Source: Leucoraja ocellata (lineage: Eukaryota). From it: DNA of 64,000 nucleotides. Position 1 is the first letter of the stretch. Each line of letters starts with the position of its first letter. Both the position numbers and the translations under genes were made by a program. The stretch lies in contig JAWMAR010000070.1 of NCBI GenBank assembly GCA_036785375.1, forward strand, positions 4,216,001 through 4,280,000, given 5' to 3'. Of the stretch, positions 58,301 to 64,000 are shown in pieces. Below the pieces are notes generated by a model. It was not told the DNA's origin, did no database searches, and worked only from the letters and a program-made list of their open reading frames with translations.

Positions 58301-61300
58301 TTTGAGCCTCTTGTGAGCACCGCGGTTGAGATACTCCAGATCACAAGCAGGAGAAAGAACATCCAGCGCCCCACTTTCCATGAGATGTAACTGGGCAAAG
58401 GTCAAGAAATACAGAGTCAATTGGAGGAAACGAGACGGTTAATCTTTGAAGCATTTACCTGTTATTTGCTTCATAATCTTGGTGAAGTGGAGCGGGGCGA
58501 AGCGGCAGCATCAGTGGAGACCATCTTTGTAAAAGAACGGGTGTTGGACTGGGGGGAGGTGGGGGGGGGGGGGGGGGGGGAACAACAGATGATCACCAAT
58601 TGTTGACGTCATTGTTGGGGCATGGCTACAAGACTGGGAATGAGAGACTACGCGGTTAAATGGATTCGGAGAAGACAGATAAATAAGATGAGTTGGGACA
58701 GTGAATACAAAACAGATGGACACAAAATGTTGGAGAAACAGCGGGAGTGGCAGCATCTCTCCGGAGAGAAGGAATGCGTGAAGTTCCGGGTTGAGACCCT
58801 TCTTAAGACCGAGAGTCACGGGAGAGGGAAACTGTGGATGTGGAAGGATACAAAGAACAGTGTGATACCCTGGAAGAAATAAAATGCAGCTGCAAGGAAG
58901 ATTATAATAAAATCCATTTGGATAGACAGGAATAATAAAAACGGATCAATTCCAATAATGGAAGGGAGATGGGCAATAAAAATGGAAACAGATGAGGCCA
59001 ATTAATAAAATAAATTTAAAAATGATTATGCTTAATGTCACACCCTGGATACTTCGTGGATCAACGCGGTAGGGTGTGGATGGAGGAATTGTGTTCGAAA
59101 AATCGGTTAAAGATTCGTTCATAACGGCGTGGCTTTCATGAACATTTGCTAACGCAAGTATAACACAAGAGTGTGATAGAAAGTCAGATATATTTCAATT
59201 GTGATAAGATAAATAACAAAGTGTTCTCACTTTCATGACTATATTATGATTGAATATTTAATGGTTTCAAGTATCAACGAGTAAGAGAGAGTCAGTTAAC
59301 TCATTTTGCTGTATTCGGTCTGATTCAAGACTATTTTCTCACATTTTGCGCCAGCGATTTTCTGGTGTATGGCCCCATCAATGACAAGGTGTTGCCACAA
59401 GTGATATCAAGGGGAGTGTGGCGTAGCCCATCATTCATAAAGCATGTTCCTATCAGCACCACACAAGAGCACGTCACAGCAAAGCCGAACTGGAAGACTA
59501 GAGTTTGGGAACTATATTAATCTCACAGCATGGGATGAGGTGAGTAATGGAGCAGTCATGTTGAATACTGCAGGGAACGCTCTCTGAAAAGCATCAAATG
59601 GAGGAACTTGTGCTTATCATCCAAGCATGTACACAACACAATGAGATGTAAACCAGTGCGATTCCCTTTCTGATGAGTTAACTAATAACTGGTTTGCAAG
59701 ACACAGTATGGAAACAGGCCATTTGGCCTTCAAATCTCTGCTGTCCATCAACCGCATTTACACAAATCCTGTGAGAAGAAGTTTGGTCTTTAGTTGTGGG
59801 AGTCAGTAGGTTTATAATAGACATCGGTCGATAGTCTATCTCCTGTGATGGAGACGGTGTGATCGAGAAAGGGGAGGAGGGGTTTGGAGATGGTCCAAGT
59901 GCATTTGAGTGCCAGGTGGAGTGCAGGAGACCATTCCCTCTGCAACCCTGTGGAATGTCCCAATTCTACGCCTATCCCTTATGACCTTATGACCTATACC
60001 TCCCTAGTTATCTCTTCCTTTCCCATCCAAACCACCCTCTCCCCAATACCTTCCCCTTCAAATGCAGGAAATGCAACATCTGTCCCTATAACTCCGCCCT
60101 CGACTCGGTCCTAGGAACTCAACAGTCATTTGAGATTCGGCTGAGTTAGCGTAAACCGCCTCGAACCTCATTTATTGTATCAGGTGTGGACTCTGATACA
60201 TCAGCAAGACAAAACATTGACTGGACGATCGTTTCACTGAACACATATGCTCAGTCCGCCTGGGGCTATTTGATCTCCCAGTTGCTAAACTATTAACCCC
60301 CCCTCCCATTCCTACACTGACTGTTCTATTCTGGGCTTTCTCCATTGCCAGAGTGAGGCCAAATGGAAATTGGAGGTACAGCGCCACACATTTCGTTTGG
60401 GCATCTTACAGCCAACAGGTATAAATATTGATTTCTATAACTTCAAATAACCCTTGCACCCCCTTGCTCTCCGTCCCTCCCCCACCCTAGTCATTGTACC
60501 AATTTCACTGTTGTCTTGTTGTGTCTCATTGTCCGTACAACTCGTTTTCACCTAGCCCACAGCTAACAATTGTCTTATATCTTTCTATATCACCGTCGAT
60601 ATCGCTCTCGTTTCCCTTTCCCCTGACTCTCACTCTGAAGAAGGGTCTCAACCCGAAACGGCACCTATCCCTTTTCTCCAGAGATGCTGTCTGACCCGAC
60701 GAGTTACTCCAATTGTTTGCGCCCATATTCAGTTTAAACCAGCATCTGCAGTTCCTTCACACACAATGAAAGGCAAAATATGCAGAACACACATAGACTA
60801 AGTTCAGGGTCTTGGCATTGTGAGGCTGTGGTTCCACTGGCTGTGTCTGTGCATTCAGATCAATAATCTCAAGGGCCTTTAATGCCAGTGAACGGAAGAC
60901 ACAACTTTCTCCCAATTGAAGTAATCCCAATCAAAACACCAGCAATTAGTACATGGCACCTTTCATTGGAATCAGAGTAGTTTACCTTGATGAAGCATTG
61001 GATCCTTTCGAGGTTTCACAAGAATATTCAAGTCCTGTTAGAACAAGGAAATAAAAATCAGTTTCACTGATTTTCACTTGCAGTTGAACAAGAGAACATG
61101 CTTGTCCGATGTAAGGAGTTTATAGATTTAATAGACAGGGCAATGTTTCTCCAGTGTAATTTGCAGCAAATGGGAGATGCTTGCACAACTCAGGTAGAAC
61201 TCAGGTCGCCAACATTAGGGCGGCATAGCGGTAGAGTTGCTGCCTTGCAGCGCCAGAGACCCGGGTTCAATCCTGACTACGGGTACTATCTGCACAGAGT

Positions 61301-62622
61301 TCGTATGTTCTCCCTGTGACCGCGTGGGTTTTATTCAAATGCTCCGGTTTTCTCCCACATTCTAAAGACGTGCAGGTTTTGAGGTTAATTGCCTTCTGTA
61401 AATTGTCCCTAGTGAGTAGGATGAAATTGGTGCACCGGTTAAAGGCAGTTGCTTCCACCTGGATTTCTAAACCAAACTAAAGGAGGTGATTTCATGCGAG
61501 GGATAGTGCCTGGGATGAAATTACAGTTCGAAGGAGAAGGCTGGATAGATGGGGATTTTAATCCATATAGGAAAAGAAGGGGGGACCTATTACCGGTGTG
61601 TAAAGCTACGAGGAACATAGATAGGGTATTTTGTGGGAAATCAGCACAGCAGATGTACGAAGAAGTGGAGAACATAGGGTTGGGTTAAGGAGTAGAATAT
61701 TTGGAGGGTATCTGAGCAAGATGTATTTTTAAGCTTAGATAGTGGAGGCACTTGGATTGTCAACTCTGAGAAGACTGTGGATGAGGGGCTGGTAAAATGG
61801 ATTAGTATCGATGGTACTAAATGGTCAACATTAACACAATGGACCAAAGCTGATAGGAGTTAATTCTATGAGGTAACTGCGGCCACATTTACTGATAATT
61901 TCTGTTCCCTTCCCATATTTGAGCGTCGATCATGTGGAGATGACGGAAAGTGAAAGTGCTTGGACTGATGTCACTGCAAACCAAAGCTGTGTAAACATAA
62001 GAGGAAGTTCTAGCCCGGAAGCTGGCCTACACCAGCAATGGGAAATCTGTGGCTGGAGCCCAGCAACCAAGTATTGACAAATGGGCCATAATTCCATCAT
62101 TTTAATCTTGATAACTTAATTAAATAACGTGCATGGATATCAGGGTGTCGGGGGTTTGGGGAGAAGGCAGGAGAATGGGGTGAAGAGGGGAAGATACATC
62201 AGCCATGATTGAATGGTCTATTTCTGCTTCTATCACTTGTGATTTTATGAACCACCCCACCCCCACTTCCTCTTCATCTCCCCATTCCCTTCACTACTTA
62301 CCAGTGCCGTTGATTTTCACCAGGAAATTGCAGGGCACGTCACTGCTGGAGATGGACACGTTGACCATTTCACTAGATTTTGTTCCATTATTATTTGAGG
62401 CTGTGCAATAATATTGATGGTGCTGGTGTTTGAAGGATTGACAATGTAGATCCAGGGCATTGTTGTCGGAGATCTTTGAATCCCCAGATGGGGTCTTTTC
62501 ATACCAGCTGTAGTTAATGGGAAGGGATCCCCAGACCGATTCACAGGACACTGACACTGAGCTCCCGAGACAGGAGACATTGTCTGGTGACAGAAATCCA
62601 AGCACAGGAACAGACACGGGTT
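55371..62622 (-). CDS. Gene D (3' part): C2-stalk-charged TM-short tail of an activating-type receptor; 5' exons lie beyond the window
   Basis: Exons 62302-62622, 60986-61034, 58300-58390 and candidate 55371-55466 are in frame. AATAAA at 55370-55375. Confidence 0.78.
55812..58250 (+). mobile_element. CR1 LINE, 5'-truncated, with a 493-aa RT ORF
   Basis: ORF 56155-57636 has [37 protein letters not shown] and FADD. CR1 3' UTR follows. Confidence 0.93.
58300..58390 (-). CDS. Gene D charged transmembrane exon ([30 protein letters not shown])
   Basis: 91 nt, canonical splice sites. Confidence 0.82.
59960..60760 (+). mobile_element. Degenerate Penelope 3' fragment (paralog ~42740-43539)
   Basis: GIY-YIG relic (gatcgtttcactgaaca, aaattggagg..catttcgtttgggc) and pLTR core ctgaagaagggtctcaacccgaaacg. 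Confidence 0.75.
60986..61034 (-). CDS. Gene D stalk exon (GLEYSCETSKGSNASS)
   Basis: 49 nt, phase 1 to 2. Confidence 0.8.
62302..62622 (-). CDS. Gene D Ig C2 exon (domain 4)
   Basis: 321 nt, intact. Confidence 0.9.
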
Positions 62623-64000
62623 CTGTGGGAAAGGAGCAAACAGTCAGACAGTGAGTGAACATCTCGCCAATATCCATCATCTCTGTATCTTAGCCAGAGC
62701 CGACAGGTTGGAATCTGACCCATCCATCCACATAGAGTCATAGAGTGATAGAGCGTAGAAACGGGCCCTTCTGTCTAACTAGCCCGCACTGACCAACATG
62801 CCCAATCTACACTAGTTCCACCTGCCCATGCTTGGCCTTTAAACCTCTAAACTTATCTTATTCAAGTACCTGTTCAAACTTTCTTAAATGTTGCGACAGT
62901 ACCTGCCATAACTACTAACGACGGCTGGTCGTTTCATATACCTACCAACCTTAGTGTGAAAACGTTACTCCCCTGTTTCTTGTTAAATCAACCCCCGACC
63001 CCGTCATTTTAAAACTATGTCCTCTGGTTCTCGATTCCCCTACTCTGGGCAAAAGTCTCTGCATTTACTCGATCTATTCCTCGTATGATTTTGTACCTGC
63101 CAGAAGATCATCCCTCATCCTCCTGCGCTCCAAGAAATAAAGTCCTAGACTGCTCAACCCCTCACTATAGGTCGGGCCCTCAAGTCATTGCAACATCCTT
63201 GTAAGTCTTTCCTGTACCCTATTCAACTTGACAGGATATTTCCTTTAACATGGTGATTAAAACTGAACACAAATCAGACAAATCATCAGACACATCTTGG
63301 ATTCTCTTTTACATTTCAGGAATTGCCAGCAGGAAAGGGGAGCATCGTTCATGCAACACCGCCAGATATTTAAAGCAACAAGGAAGCTACCCATTTGTCT
63401 AATCAAAATCAAACTGTGTATGCAGGAGTGCAATAATGAAGCAAATGGACAATGACACTCAAGTACAGATGAGGACAATGTCAGTTACTCAGATGTTACA
63501 TTTCCAAGCGACAGCCAAATTGCCCGTCAGAAAGCTCCTTCTCCTCATAATCCATTTACCAAATTTACACTTCTCTGTGTCTCTCCATCCTCCTAGCTGC
63601 CAGAACTACCATGTCTGGCAGAGAGTGGTGAATTTCTGGGTGAATTTCACACAGAGAGTGGTGAATCTCTGGAACTCTCTGCCACAGAGGTAGTTGAGGC
63701 CAGTTCATTAGCTATATTTAAGGGGGAATTAGATGTGGCCTTTGTGCCTAAAGGGGTATGGAGAGAAGGCAGGTACAGGATACTGAGCTCAATGATCAGC
63801 CATGATCATATCGAATGGCGGTGCAGGCTTAAAGGGCCGAATGGCCTACTCCTGCACATATTTTCAATGTTTCTATGTCTATGTCTGCCACTGTGCCAGT
63901 ACACTGCTACACCATCTCCCTTTGCTTTACAATTCCAGCATCTGCAGTTAATTTTCTTTTAATCTGAATCTCTGCCACAATTCTACAATACCAACATTCA

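Noticed and set aside
59330-59512. Hydrophobic minus-strand frame [21 protein letters not shown] as a TM exon
   Set aside because: Poor polypyrimidine tract, and the phase is not conserved in the paralog near 42280.
1-64000. CRISPR arrays, rRNA or genuine tRNA genes
   Set aside because: None seen. tRNA-like boxes belong to SINE heads and the tRNA-Ser match is a primer-binding site.

Overview
Vertebrate genomic DNA, most likely cartilaginous fish (skate/ray; inferred from the repeat families and receptor type), with one 200-N scaffold gap at 43540-43739. The window holds a minus-strand tandem cluster of CD300/pIgR/TREM-like Ig-superfamily receptors resembling skate MDIRs, on a ~17.7 kb duplicated unit. 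Exons were reconstructed by hand from GT/AG sites and phases. Gene B (34919->21910) is a complete 10-exon inhibitory receptor: leader-V-C2-V-C2-stalk-neutral TM-tail with three ITIMs, ~603 aa. Gene C (52676->38139) and the partial gene D (window end->55371) have near-identical ectodomain exons joined to a Lys/Arg-containing activating-type TM. Gene A (11502->8359) has lost all Ig exons but still splices in frame to a 60-aa product. There is also an orphan V exon (14791-15108) and the leader of gene Z (1601-1637). Mobile DNA includes a young fold-back Penelope-like element in the gene Z promoter, short palindromic Penelope derivatives with hammerhead-like cores and 12-16 bp target duplications, CR1 LINEs, tRNA-derived SINEs, a hAT-type MITE, and a truncated LTR element with a tRNA-Ser primer site. 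Gene labels A-D and Z are mine. All counts were made by eye.
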